64,000 nucleotides of DNA from Macrostomum lignano (taxonomy: Eukaryota), in assembly GCA_002269645.1 (NCBI GenBank), contig NIVC01000545.1, forward strand, positions 62,001 through 126,000, written 5' to 3'. The position numbers were made by a program, and so were the translations under genes. This document shows, in pieces, positions 34,998 to 46,700 of this stretch (its first letter is position 1; each line of letters starts with the position of its first letter). The notes beneath the pieces are model-generated. The model had not been told where the DNA came from, ran no database searches, and was given only the letters and a program-made list of their open reading frames with translations.

Positions 34998-35589
34998 CCC
35001 CTATAGGAAAAAGTTGTAAAACCGCGGACGGTGTCCGGCGCACTTTTGAAATTTTTCTAAAGCGCAGCGCGCGCACAGGCGCAGCGCCTGCGTGCGCTGC
35101 CCTTTCTTACTGGCTGCTGCTCTAGCAAATACATATACATGGAAATGGGTATAATACCTCTGTTGAAGGGGCTTATACACTCGTAATTTATTAAGCTTAG
35201 AGATGTTCCGAAAATTCAATTTCAATTTTCCAAAATTTGAAATTTTTTAGAGCGAATTTCAATTTCGAAATAAAATTTAGAAGTGAAAATTTTGGTAGTG
35301 TCTAAAAAGTCGCTAAAAATAAACTACTTTCTACTACATATACATGTATTACTTTTTGCTTAAGCAGTAAATTGAAAGTAAAAAAGTGAGTTTTGATCAT
35401 ACTAAACTTTGTTTTTCTGAATTATGATTTCGGGAAATTTCAATTTTGATTTAAAAAAGTTAGCGAATTTTGATTTCGACGAAACTGCAGATCTTTCGGA
35501 ACATCTCTAATAATCCTAAAGCGCGGTAAAATAGTTTGACTCTTTTCTACAGCGCGCATCCGCAGGTTTTAACATTTATTCCAATAGGG
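34998..35589. mobile_element. MITE with ~30-bp TIRs (CCCTAT.GGAA...) flanked by TTTCAAA
   Basis: TIRs at 34998 and 35589; TTTCAAA at 34991-34997 and 35590-35596. Confidence 0.6.
35198..35509. mobile_element. hAT-type MITE nested in the 34998-35589 element
   Basis: Perfect 16-bp TIR TAGAGATGTTCCGAAA; degenerate 8-bp TSD (ATTAAGCT / ATAATCCT). Confidence 0.7.
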
Positions 35590-37165
35590 TTTCAAACATC
35601 TTATTGCTACATATAATAAAATTTTCTAGTAGAACTATATAATTTTTTTATTTAAACCTGTGCATTAACTTTGTGAAAAAGTTTAAAAAGGCTAAGAAAA
35701 TTAAGCTAAGCAAGCTTGCATAGGCCTAAAGCCTACATTGAAATTGAAAAATTGAAATAATTAGGCCTAATAAAGAAAAAAATAGATTCTGTAATTTCAA
35801 ATCACTATTCGCTAACTAGATCAGAGATTCTAATGTATACAATATACATAGGGCCTACAATATTTAGTCAATTATAGGATGTCTTGGTGCATATATCTGA
35901 TTCATCTAGAAATTAAAATAGATATCGGTTAAAACACTATTAAACAAGATAAACATATGCAGGTATATATATGTTTTGTCTTGGTTTGTATATGTTTTGT
36001 TTTGTATGTATATGTTTTGTTAAAAGTTTGTTTGCACATTCTTTTGTTATTGACATATGTGGTCATTTTTGTTATTGTAAAAGCTGTTACCAAAATGGTT
36101 GTTACCCAAGTGGACTGTTACAGATTTTATTTTTTATAGCTAAAAAGTAGCTTAGACTTTAAATAGTATAGATATACTATATACCATAGTCTAGTCTGGA
36201 TCATGGCAGGTATATGCTGGAATGAAAATTCTTGTTTTTCAATTTTATGCCAACCTAAAATTAAACTTTTTTACAACAAGCCTAAAGTATTTTATATGCT
36301 ATTTTTTAGAGAATATAAAGTTTTAGAATTATAAGAGTTTTACTAAACTTTAAAATGACTGTTTTTTGCTAAAAACTGATATTCTTAGTTTTAATTTTGT
36401 TTTTCTCATAATTTGCAATATATTTCCTATTTTTGTTTCCAATTTTAAAAAAGCTTTTGTTGGTTGATATTTAGCTACACAAATATAATAGGTTTCAACT
36501 TGGCTATTTTTGTATGCTAACTATGTACATTTCATGTTGAATCTTAGACTTATCTTAGTTTATCTTAGACAACTGCAGCTTCTAAAAAGATAAATATTTA
36601 TAATAACTTATCTTTACCTTATTGTAATTTATGTTGGCTAGATAGGCTGATTGACAATGCTTTATGCATGTATAGAATAATATAGATCTATAAAAGCCTA
36701 ATGCCTTAATTGTATTTTTAAATGTTTTTTTTATTCTCTATATTGTTTAAATGTAGGCAGAAGCCTCTGTATTAAATTCCAGCAGTTTTGTAGAAAGTAG
36801 AGAATATTATTTTTTGAGAAATGAGTCAATTACTAGATTTTTTAAAATATCAAAACTGCAAGTAATATCACTTGGCATCCTAGATCCCAACTGTAATGCC
36901 AGTTGTTATTAGTCAATATTGAACCTTTAATCTACCTTTCTCTTGCACTGATGAGCCTCTCTAACCCTCAGAAACAGTGTGAAAATTGATTTTTATACTC
37001 ATAATCACATTATGACTATAGATGCGAGGTGATAGAGATATTTCTGTTATTAAAATTCATTTATGGATCCAACTAAAGTATTGAACTATAGTTTTTAAAC
37101 CAGCATGTTAAAATAAATTATTGTTAATGTACCAAGGCCCTGCAGAGGGCTATTGAAGGTGCCAG

Positions 37166-37634
37166 ATGTCTGAGCCACCAGTCTGGCCCACCTGGGCCAG
37201 CAAGCTGCTGCTGCTGTTGCGCTACCTTGGCCTGCTTCGAATCAGGCACTTTCTTCGCCTAGCAACTGGACTCGTGCTCATGGTTTTGTTCGTGCCAGCC
37301 AACATTTGGATCTACAACCTCATTGACTCGTTAGTGATGAACAACAATGCTGTCTCTGGCTCGGTTGGAGTGAATTTGATTGACAGCTCAAATTATGCGG
37401 CTAGCAGCCGGGCATTTCTGTTTGCTCAGAATGCCACCGATTTCTATGCTTTGGAGTCAACAATGCTGGCGAGAGGCGTGCCATCTGGCACCCTGGCCCG
37501 GTGAGTTCCTGCTGCACAGTGTTCTGTGGCACTCTTGTGTCGGTCTTAGGGTTCCTTGTGTCTGCCAGGCGTGTCCTTTAATCTTTGTCTGCTGTTTTCT
37601 GTCTTCTATCTGTCTGTCTGTCTTAGTGTCTGTT

Positions 37635-37675
<41 letters not shown>

Positions 37676-37752
37676 GCCTGTCTGTCTTAGTGTCTGTCTT
37701 TGTATGTCTGTCTGTCTGCCTGTCTGTCTGTCTATCTTAGTGTCTGTCCGCC

Positions 37753-37787
<35 letters not shown>

Positions 37788-40700
37788 TTGTCTCTCTGTC
37801 TGTCTGTCTGTTCGTCTGTCTGTCTGTCTGTCTGTCTGTCTTTCTTAGTGTCTGGCTGTCTGTATGTATGTCTGCCTGTCTGTCTTAGTGTTGTCTGTCT
37901 GTCTGTCTGTCTGCCTGTCTGTCTGTGTCTGTCCGTCAACCTATCTTTAGAGTTGCTAGCACGTCTCTATCTAAAATATGCTTTCCTAATTTAGAGCTAA
38001 ATACTGATTACCATTTCCTCGTCTCTCACTGTCCCGTTTGGCATGTTTTGGCCTGTGTTCTGCTATATTTAGCTGCATCTGTATTTAATTCAACTGCCCT
38101 TAATTAGGGCTAGGCCAGGACTAGGGCGAGGGTTGGGTGCAGCTGATTTCCAAGAAATGCTTCGGCACCCGGCCAGAGCGGAAAATTTGTTAGCCAGCCG
38201 ATCCGATTGTGCATCCTGTGGTGCCGAAATTGGCGCGCAGAAATTCAAATTTCCTTGCACGCGAAAGTTAAGCGCAGTAATCGTAAATGTTTTCCTGCCT
38301 TCAGCTTGCGACAGTGTAACTCTTTACTCTTGTGTTGTCGTCGCTATGGAACTTTTAAACTGTACGAGTTCACCAGCTAGCTCTATTTTGGCCAAACTCT
38401 AATACACTAAGACTGCATGCATGTTTTTGACCATATCTTTCGCACACGAAATTCAAATAGAATTCACGGTCTTCATCCAGTCAAAGCTTCTGGGCCTTGG
38501 GTGACAACTAGGTGACTATGGATACGCTACTACAGCCGTTAGCAATTAAAAGAATCGCTTAAAAGAGTCATTGCAAACAACTCAATACTGACTCTGTTGT
38601 AACTCTCATGACTTTTAAATGACTCAAATGACTGCAATGCGACGGAGAGGCCGCAAAAAAGTCATCCAAGACTCGTGTTAACTCTTAACTCTCTGCACTA
38701 ACTCATGCATACTAAATAGAGTTATGAATGCGAAATGCGATTCCAATTCATAAAGTGACGCTTTAGACGCGCTTTAGACGAGTCAGTTCAGATTCGCAGG
38801 CAAAAAACGTCTCAAATGGTCTCCTTAACGACATTTTGGCGAATTGTGTCCGTGTTCTTGAATTTCGTGCGCCTGCGTTACTCCGTTCCAGCGCAGCTCC
38901 GTTCGCTGTTAACTGCCAATTTCCTTTGTTTGACATGCGAATCTGGCAAAGGGACCCGCTGTCGGTAGACAAGCAAGCAATGTTTGAATACCTGACGATA
39001 AGAAAGTCGGGGTCGTTGTCCCGTATAAAAGTGGGACTGTCACCTTTTGACTAGGTGAACGTTTTGTGACACTCAATCGACGGTTATCACACGTGTCACA
39101 CCGACGGTCACACTGGTGACAGTTTATTTGACTGTCAAATTGAGTGTTACTTCGACGGTGACATCACAGTCACACTTATTGCCTCAGCGCTGACTGTAGG
39201 GGGGGGGGGTCACCACACACGCCCTCAATTACCCAAACTGTGGTACCCATTTTACAGCTGGGTGAACCTGAAGCAATGTTGTGTTTATAGTGTCTTGCTC
39301 AAGGACACAAATTGGTCTCCGAGTGGGTCAAGAGTCGAACCCCCGACCTTTCAGTTGTGAGTCCGGCGCTCTAACCACTGAGCTATAAATCCTGTTGTAG
39401 CAATAACACAGATACTATTAATAGAATCACTAGGCTAGATGGGCCACTCAGCACATTTGCGTGCAACCTACTTTCAGTTCAGTAGTAAGTTAAACTGAAG
39501 CATTTTAGTGTATTTTAAAAGCCAAGGCTCATTTATTGGCTCTTAGCCCCCCTCCCACAGCCAGCTTAAACCCTCCAACCGCGCCGTTACACAATAACCC
39601 CTCGCCCCGCCCAATTTTTATTGCCTTCCTCGGAATTCCAGCCTATAGCTGTCATGTACATTTCAGTGGACTGGCTAATGTACATTATTGAATTGCTGAA
39701 CCAATTAGCAAGTTGTTTACGCCTGCAAGCTTGGGCTTCTAAACTTATCAAAGTCGTTTCAGCTGCTTTTGTTTTTATAAAATAGCTTATGTATTCTTCT
39801 TTGCTACTGAACTGATAGTAGAAAGCTGTTTTACTAGTGCAGTCACGAACCCACCCCCACCCCTGAACACAATGCCCAGCTGTTCGGGCTGGCCTGGCTG
39901 TCAGCACAGCTTCCTGACTGGTCTCTACTCCGCTCTGCTGGAAACCTACGTGCAGGCAGCCCGACTCGATGCCGCTGGCTCGCCTGTGCAAGTTGAGTGC
40001 TCCGGCGGCCCCATTGACGCCCTGACCTGCGCCTATTTTATGCAGCTGCTGATGCGCCCGACTGTCGGCATCAACGGCACTGGCGACGGCCTTGAAGGCT
40101 TGGCCGCAGGCGGTGCGGCTTTCAAAGAGGTCGGCTTCCTGCGCTTTGTTGTCAAGTCGCCGAAAGACAGAAGCTACTCCAGTGGCAGAGATTTCGGTCC
40201 CGGCGCTACTGACGGAGTTACAGTTGGTGAGCTGTGCTAAAGGCTGGGATTGAGTGCTGACCGCACTGTGTACACTGCTAACACACTGAGAAATTGTGCT
40301 ATGCAGCTGTACACCTGTGCGTGCTTCGGTTCGACTGTTGATAGACAGATGAAGGTGTCGAAGCCCGCTGTAGTTAACCTGCTACAGCCAGGTACTAATT
40401 TGATTCGTTTGGCTGCTCGGGCAGTGCAACAAGTGAAGTCAAAGTTGGCCCGTAGCACGCGCAGGTGTGTGTTAAGAGGGTTAGGCCCCAAGGCACAGAG
40501 AAAGTGAATTTTTGACGATTAGAAGGTCACTAGGTCAAGGCCGCTGAGCTCCCACCCTTTACACTGCCGAGGCTCTGACCCACAAGTATATGAATTAATT
40601 ACAGAAAATCCTTCGCCATCATTTTTCCCAGAGTCACCGCCCAGCTTCCCAGCAGAGATGCTGCCTGAGCTGAAGCCGCCCCCCGACACGCCCTGCACCA

Positions 40701-43700
40701 GGGCCGAGTCTGTCGGCATTTTCAGCGCCATATCTCGGCTTCACTCTGTGCTCCTGTTGACCGCCATGGTTTCTATGCTTCTGCAGGTAAGCCCAAGCGA
40801 AAGAGCTGCAGTACCGAATGCGGTGGCCTTGATTGAACTGGGTAGAGGTGTGGAAATAAGCGACCCTAGGCTTAATGAGATTTGAGTAAAAGTAATCTAA
40901 AAAAATGCCTCACCTTGGTTCTGGCTCGTAGATGGCTGCAGCCTTTTCTGAATTTCGGAATTTCTGAAATGAGAAAAGGTGTGTATATCGCGCACTTGTT
41001 CTTTGCGCGCTTGACTCGTGCGCTTGATTCTTGCGCGCTTGTCTCTTGCGCGCTTGTCTCTTGCGCGTTTGTTTCTTTTGCTCTTGTTTCTTGTTGTTTC
41101 TTGCGTTTGTTTCTTTCGCGCTTGTCTCTTGTGCGCTTGTTTGCGCACTTAATCTACTAGCAGCTACTTTTTGCAGTCGGCTCAGGTATATATATTCTAT
41201 ATATCAGCAGTTAGGGTTATTGTTTAAATGCATAATTGTTTGGCAGTTAGAAACCTCGGATTATCTTAACTACTTAAAGTAGTCCTTTAAGAGCCGCGCC
41301 GCCCTCGTTTCGCAGGCCGACCTGTTTCCGCTGAGCAACCTTCGCCGGGCCGGCTTCCTCCGCCTGATGTACTTTAGTGGCCTACAGCCTGTCTTGACCT
41401 GGCTGGCAGCCTGGCTGTGGGGCCTGGCCGAGTGCTGCATCATTGGCTTGGCCGTGGCTGTGTCCTACCAGTGCCAGTGCTCTGGCGGGGTGCTGGAGTC
41501 TGACCGGTTTGCACTGGCTTTTCTGGCCGTTTTTTGTTCGTCTGTGCACTATATGGCCGTCGGCCTGCTGACCGTGTCCTGCCTCAAGTTCGGCTTTGTG
41601 AGTTTCGCCCGCTTCGACTCGTTTGGTGGAGGGTGGAGACCCACTGAAGGATTGGGGAGGTCGTGAAGGATGGGGGAGTGGATGAAGGATGGGGTAGGGG
41701 ATGAAGGATGTTGGAGGGGATGAAGGATGGGGGAGGTGATGAAGGATGGGGGAGGGGATAAAGGATCGGGGAGGAGATGAAGGATGGGGGAGGAGATGAA
41801 GGATGTGGGAGGGGATGAAGGATTGGGGAGGAATTGAAGCAGGGTTGAAGGATGGGGAGAGGATGAAGGATCGTGGAGGAGATGAAGCAGGGGGGTTGAA
41901 GGATGGGGGAGAGGATGAAGGATGGGGGGATGAAGGATGGGGGGATGAAGGATGGGGGATGAAGGATGGGGGAGGGGATAAAGGATGGGGGAGGGGATGA
42001 AGGATGGGGGAGGGGATGAAGGATGGGGTTGGGGATGAAGGATGGGGTTGGAATGAAGGATGGGGGAGGGGATGAAGGATGGGGTTGGGGATGAAGGATG
42101 GGGTTGGAATGAAGGATCGGGGAGGTGATCACGGAGATAACGGAGCTAATTCAATGAACTGAACTGAACCCCCTCAGGTGGTACTGGCTGTCCTGCTGTT
42201 GCACCTGGTGACCCTGGTCTGCTCATCCATCGTGACCCTCACCCCCGACTCAGTCAAGTTGTTTTTGCGCTTGCTGTTGTCCTTCCTGCTGCCTGGCACC
42301 CAGCTGGACAGTCTGCTCCTAGAAGCGGCGCTGCCCGTGGCAGGCGGCGGTCAGCCAGACCCGCTACGCGCTGAGAACATCCGCTACCTGATGCTGGGCT
42401 TCCTGTCCAGCCTCATCCTGGCCCTGGCCGCTCTGTACTCTGACACAGTGCAGCACGCTGGGCCGCGTAGCCGCGGCAAAAGTCCACGCGTCTGTTGCTA
42501 CCCGCTGCACCGCCTGTTCAGCTGCTGCTCAGCGACTCGGGCTTCGATTGAGCTCGACAATGCTGAGGCAAATGCTCTGCTGCAGAATAATGACATAATG
42601 GAGACGCCTGCGGCAGGCTTGGGGGAGCCCATGGTTCAGGCCAGGAATCTGGGCAAAACCTACAACTCAGGCGCTGATGGAGAGGACGGAGGCGACGGCG
42701 GTGGCGCCTGCTGCTGCGTTCGAGCCTGCAGTCACACCAAAACCAGGAAGGCTTTGGATCGTTTCTCCGGTTAGTCTTCATTTCGGCTTGAGGCTTGAGT
42801 CTTTTCTCACTCAGAAGCACTCCTCACCTCTATTTCTCCCATGCCTTTTCCATATCTTTAGTTATCCATATCATAATATCTTCAGTGGCTCTATCGACTC
42901 TGGAACGATTCTTGTGCCTTTTTCAACTACTCAAACGCGTCCAATGCAACGATTGTAAGAGTCGTTTAAGAATCTTTGCACTGGCGCTTCACTTTCTACT
43001 AATTCAGTAGGCTAGTTAGAGTTTTAAGTGATTCTTGGGAGACTCTTTAACGACTTTTTGGCTACTTGTACCGGGTCCAGAGTCACTTCCTTCCTATTTT
43101 ACCTGTGTTGCCTGCAACGACTTTGAAGACTCTGGGGCGGCGAAAGTAGTGATTCTGGGACGCTTCTTGGCCACGTCTTTCACCCACCTCTCCCACGTCT
43201 CCCCTCCACATCTCCCACACATCTCTCCCCACATCTCTCCCACACATTTCTCAATCACATCCCCCCACACACATCTCTTACCCACATCTCTCCCACACAT
43301 CTCTCCCACACATCCCTCCCACACATCTCTCCCTCACATCTCTCCCTCACATCTCTCCCACACATCTCTCCCACACATTTCTCAATCACATCCCCCCCAC
43401 ACATCTCTTACCCACATCTCCCGCCACACTTCTCCCACACATCTCTCCCACACATCTCTCACCCACATCTCCCCCCAAATTTCTCAATCACATCCCCCAC
43501 ACACATCTCTCACCCACATCTCCCCCCAGTGCCCCACATTTCTCAATCACATCCCCCATACACATCTCTCACCCACATCTCCCCCGCATCTCTCCCACAC
43601 ATCTCTCATCTCTCACCCACATCTCCCCCGCATCTCTCCCACACATCTCTCATCTCTCATCCACATCTCCCCCCCAGTGCCCCCACATTTCTCAATCACA

Positions 43701-46700
43701 TCCCCCACACACATCTCTCACCCACATCTCCCCCGCATTTCTCCCACACATCTCTCACCCACATCTCCCCCCAGTGCCCAGTGCCCCACATTTCTCAATC
43801 ACATCCCCCACACACATCTCTCACCCACATCTCCCCGCATTTCTCCCACACATCTCTCATCTCTCACCCACATCTCCCCCGCATCTCTCCCACACATCTC
43901 TCATCTCTCACCCACATCTCCCCCCCAGTGCCCCCACATTTCTCAATCACATCCCCCACACACATCTCTCACCCACATCTCCCCCGCATTTCTCCCACAC
44001 ATCTCTCCCCACATCTCTCACCCACATTTCCCCCCCAAATTTCTCAATCACATCCCCCACACACATCTCCCCACATCTCTCACCCACATCTCTCCCACAC
44101 ATCTCTCACCCACATCTCCCCCGCATTTCTCCCACACATCTCTCACCCACATCTCCCCCCAGTGCCCAGTGCCCCACATTTCTCAATCACATCCCCCACA
44201 CACATCTCTCACCCACATCTCCCCCGCATTTCTCCCACACATCTCTCATCTCTCACCCACATCTCCCCCGCATCTCTCCCACACATCTCTCATCTCTCAC
44301 CCACATCTCCCCCCCCAGTGCCCCCACATTTCTCAATCACATCCCCCACACACATCTCTCACCCACATCTCCCCCGCATTTCTCCCACACATCTCTCCCC
44401 ACATCTCTCACCCACATCTCCCCCCAAATTTCTCAATCACATCCCCCACACACATCTCTCACCCACATCTCCCCCCAGTGCCCCCACATTTCTCAATCAC
44501 ATCCCCCACACACATCTCCCCACATCTCTCACCCACATCTCTCCCACACATCTCTCACCCACATCTCCCCCCCACATTTCTCAATCACATCCCCCACACA
44601 TCAACCCCACATCTCCTGCCACACATCTCGCCCACATCTCCCCCCCCGCATCTCTCCCACACATCTCTCACCCACATCTGTCAGCCACATCTCTCATATA
44701 TTATTATCTCTTTTCCCTCAATTTCCCTCTCAGCTCTTTTCTCTTATCTGCAAAGCAATAAACCCTTAAGGACACACAGAAAGCCATAAGCCGTAGCAAT
44801 GATCCCCTGCCCGCAGCCGACATCTACTCTGGCCAGATCACTGCTATAATCGGGCCCAACGGTTCGGGCAAGTCAACGCTGATTCGCCTGCTGGCTGGCG
44901 ACGAGCTGCCGACCAGCGGCTCGGCCTCCGTCTCTGGGATCTGCGTGACCGACCCCATCCAGCGGCTGCACGCTGCCGGCCGCATCGGCGTGTGCTATCA
45001 GGTAGCTGCCAGTAGTAGTTGTTGTTTGTTTTTAGTAGTAGTAGTAGTTGTAGTAGTAATACTAGTAGTAGTAGTAGTAGAAGTATAGTAGTAGTAGCAG
45101 TAGTAGTAGTTGTTGTATTATTATTAGTAGTAGTAGTAGTTGTTGTTGTTGTTTTAGTAGTAGTAGTAGTTGTAGTAGCAGTAGCAGTAGTAGTAGTAGT
45201 AGTAGCAGTAGCAGTAGTAGTAGTAGTTGTAGTAGCAGTAGCAGTAGTAGTAGTAGTTGTAGTAGCAGTAGTAGTAGTACTATTAGTAGTAGTAATTGGC
45301 AGCTGACTATCTACAGTAGTGCCTGATTTGCCCAATATCACTGCTCTACTTAAAATATATATTACTAATCCCACAGGAGAATGTCCTGTGCGAGAGTCTA
45401 ACAGTGTGGGAGTCAGTCCTGGCCATCCTAGTCAGCCGCGGCCGGGACACCCCGGAGCAGCGGGCCGCCTCTAAAAAGCTGCTCGAACGTCTCGGCCTGT
45501 CAGGCGATCGAGTGCTCAACCGGCCAGCCACGGCTCTGAGCGGCGGCCAGCAGCGGAAGCTGTGCGCCACCCTGGCTCTCGCTGGCGACCCGGAGCTGGT
45601 GCTGCTTGACGAGCCCTCTAGCGGCCTGGACCCGCTGTCCCGCCGGTCGCTTTGGTCGGCCCTGTCCGAGAATCGGGCCGGCCGGTGTCTCCTGCTGAGC
45701 ACGCAGTTTATGGACGAGGCCGACCTGCTGGCTGACAGGAAGCTGCTGCTGAGGGATGGCGAATTGAAGTGCATTGGTTCGTCCTTGTTTATGAAGCAGA
45801 AATACAATAGCGGATGCGTGATTCACGTCGCCGCTGAGCAGCCAACTGACTTGGTGAAAAAATTAAAAAAAGCTTTCAAAACTGACATCAAAGCTGTTGT
45901 CATGTCTGATCACGAAATTGAGATCAGAACACCCGAGAATGAGCTGGTGAAGGTGAGCGTTTCGCTTGCTGATCTATTAAAACTTGAATTTCAAAGGTAT
46001 TGCTAATAAAGCTGCGCAGATTCTCAAGTCTTCACAGCTCAGATAGGACTTTGATCGGTAGGAGGCTATGTGTAAACTGGGGCTATGACCGGTAGGAGGC
46101 TATGAGTGAGCTCAGGCTATGACCGGTAGTAGGTAGGAGGCTATGTGTGATCTGGGGCTATGACTGGTAGTAGGTAGGAGGCTATGTGTGATCTGGGGCT
46201 ATGACCGGTAGGAGGCAATGTGTGATCTGGGGCTATGACCGGTAGTAGGTAGGAGGCTATGTGTGATCTGGGGCTATGACCGGTAGGAGGCAATGTGTGA
46301 TCTGGGGCTATGACCGGTAGTAGGTAGGAGGCTATGTGTGATCTGGGGCTATGACCGGTAGGAGGCTATGCGTGAGCTGGGGCTATGACTGGGAAGGACC
46401 ATGAGAGAGCTGGGGCTGAGAGCTGGGGCCATAAGGAGCTGGGGCCATAAGGAGCTGGGGCTGAGAGCTGGGGCTGAGAGCTGGGGCTGAGAGCTGGAGC
46501 TGAGAGCTGGGGCTGAGAGCTAGGGCTGAGAGCTGGGGCTGAGAGCTGGGGCTGAGAGCTGGGCTGAGAGCTGGGGCTGAGAGCTGGGGCCATGAGGAGC
46601 TGGGGCTGAGAGCTAGGGCTGAGAGCTGGGGCTGAGAGCTGGGCTGAGAGCTGGGGCTGAGAGCTCGGGATGAGAGCTGGGGCAGAGAGCTGGGGCTGAG

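Noticed and set aside
39315-39392. Functional tRNA-Val(CAC) gene
   Set aside because: Anticodon and acceptor stems do not pair, and it is followed by a SINE body.
43035-44789. Long His/Pro/Ser-rich ORFs, and similar ORFs at 37380-37994, 41584-42132, 46366-47114, 47775-48415, 50303-51040, 52311-53108, 54098-54563, 58630-59028, 60069-60360, 62625-63171
   Set aside because: Translations of stop-free tandem repeats inside introns or flanks.
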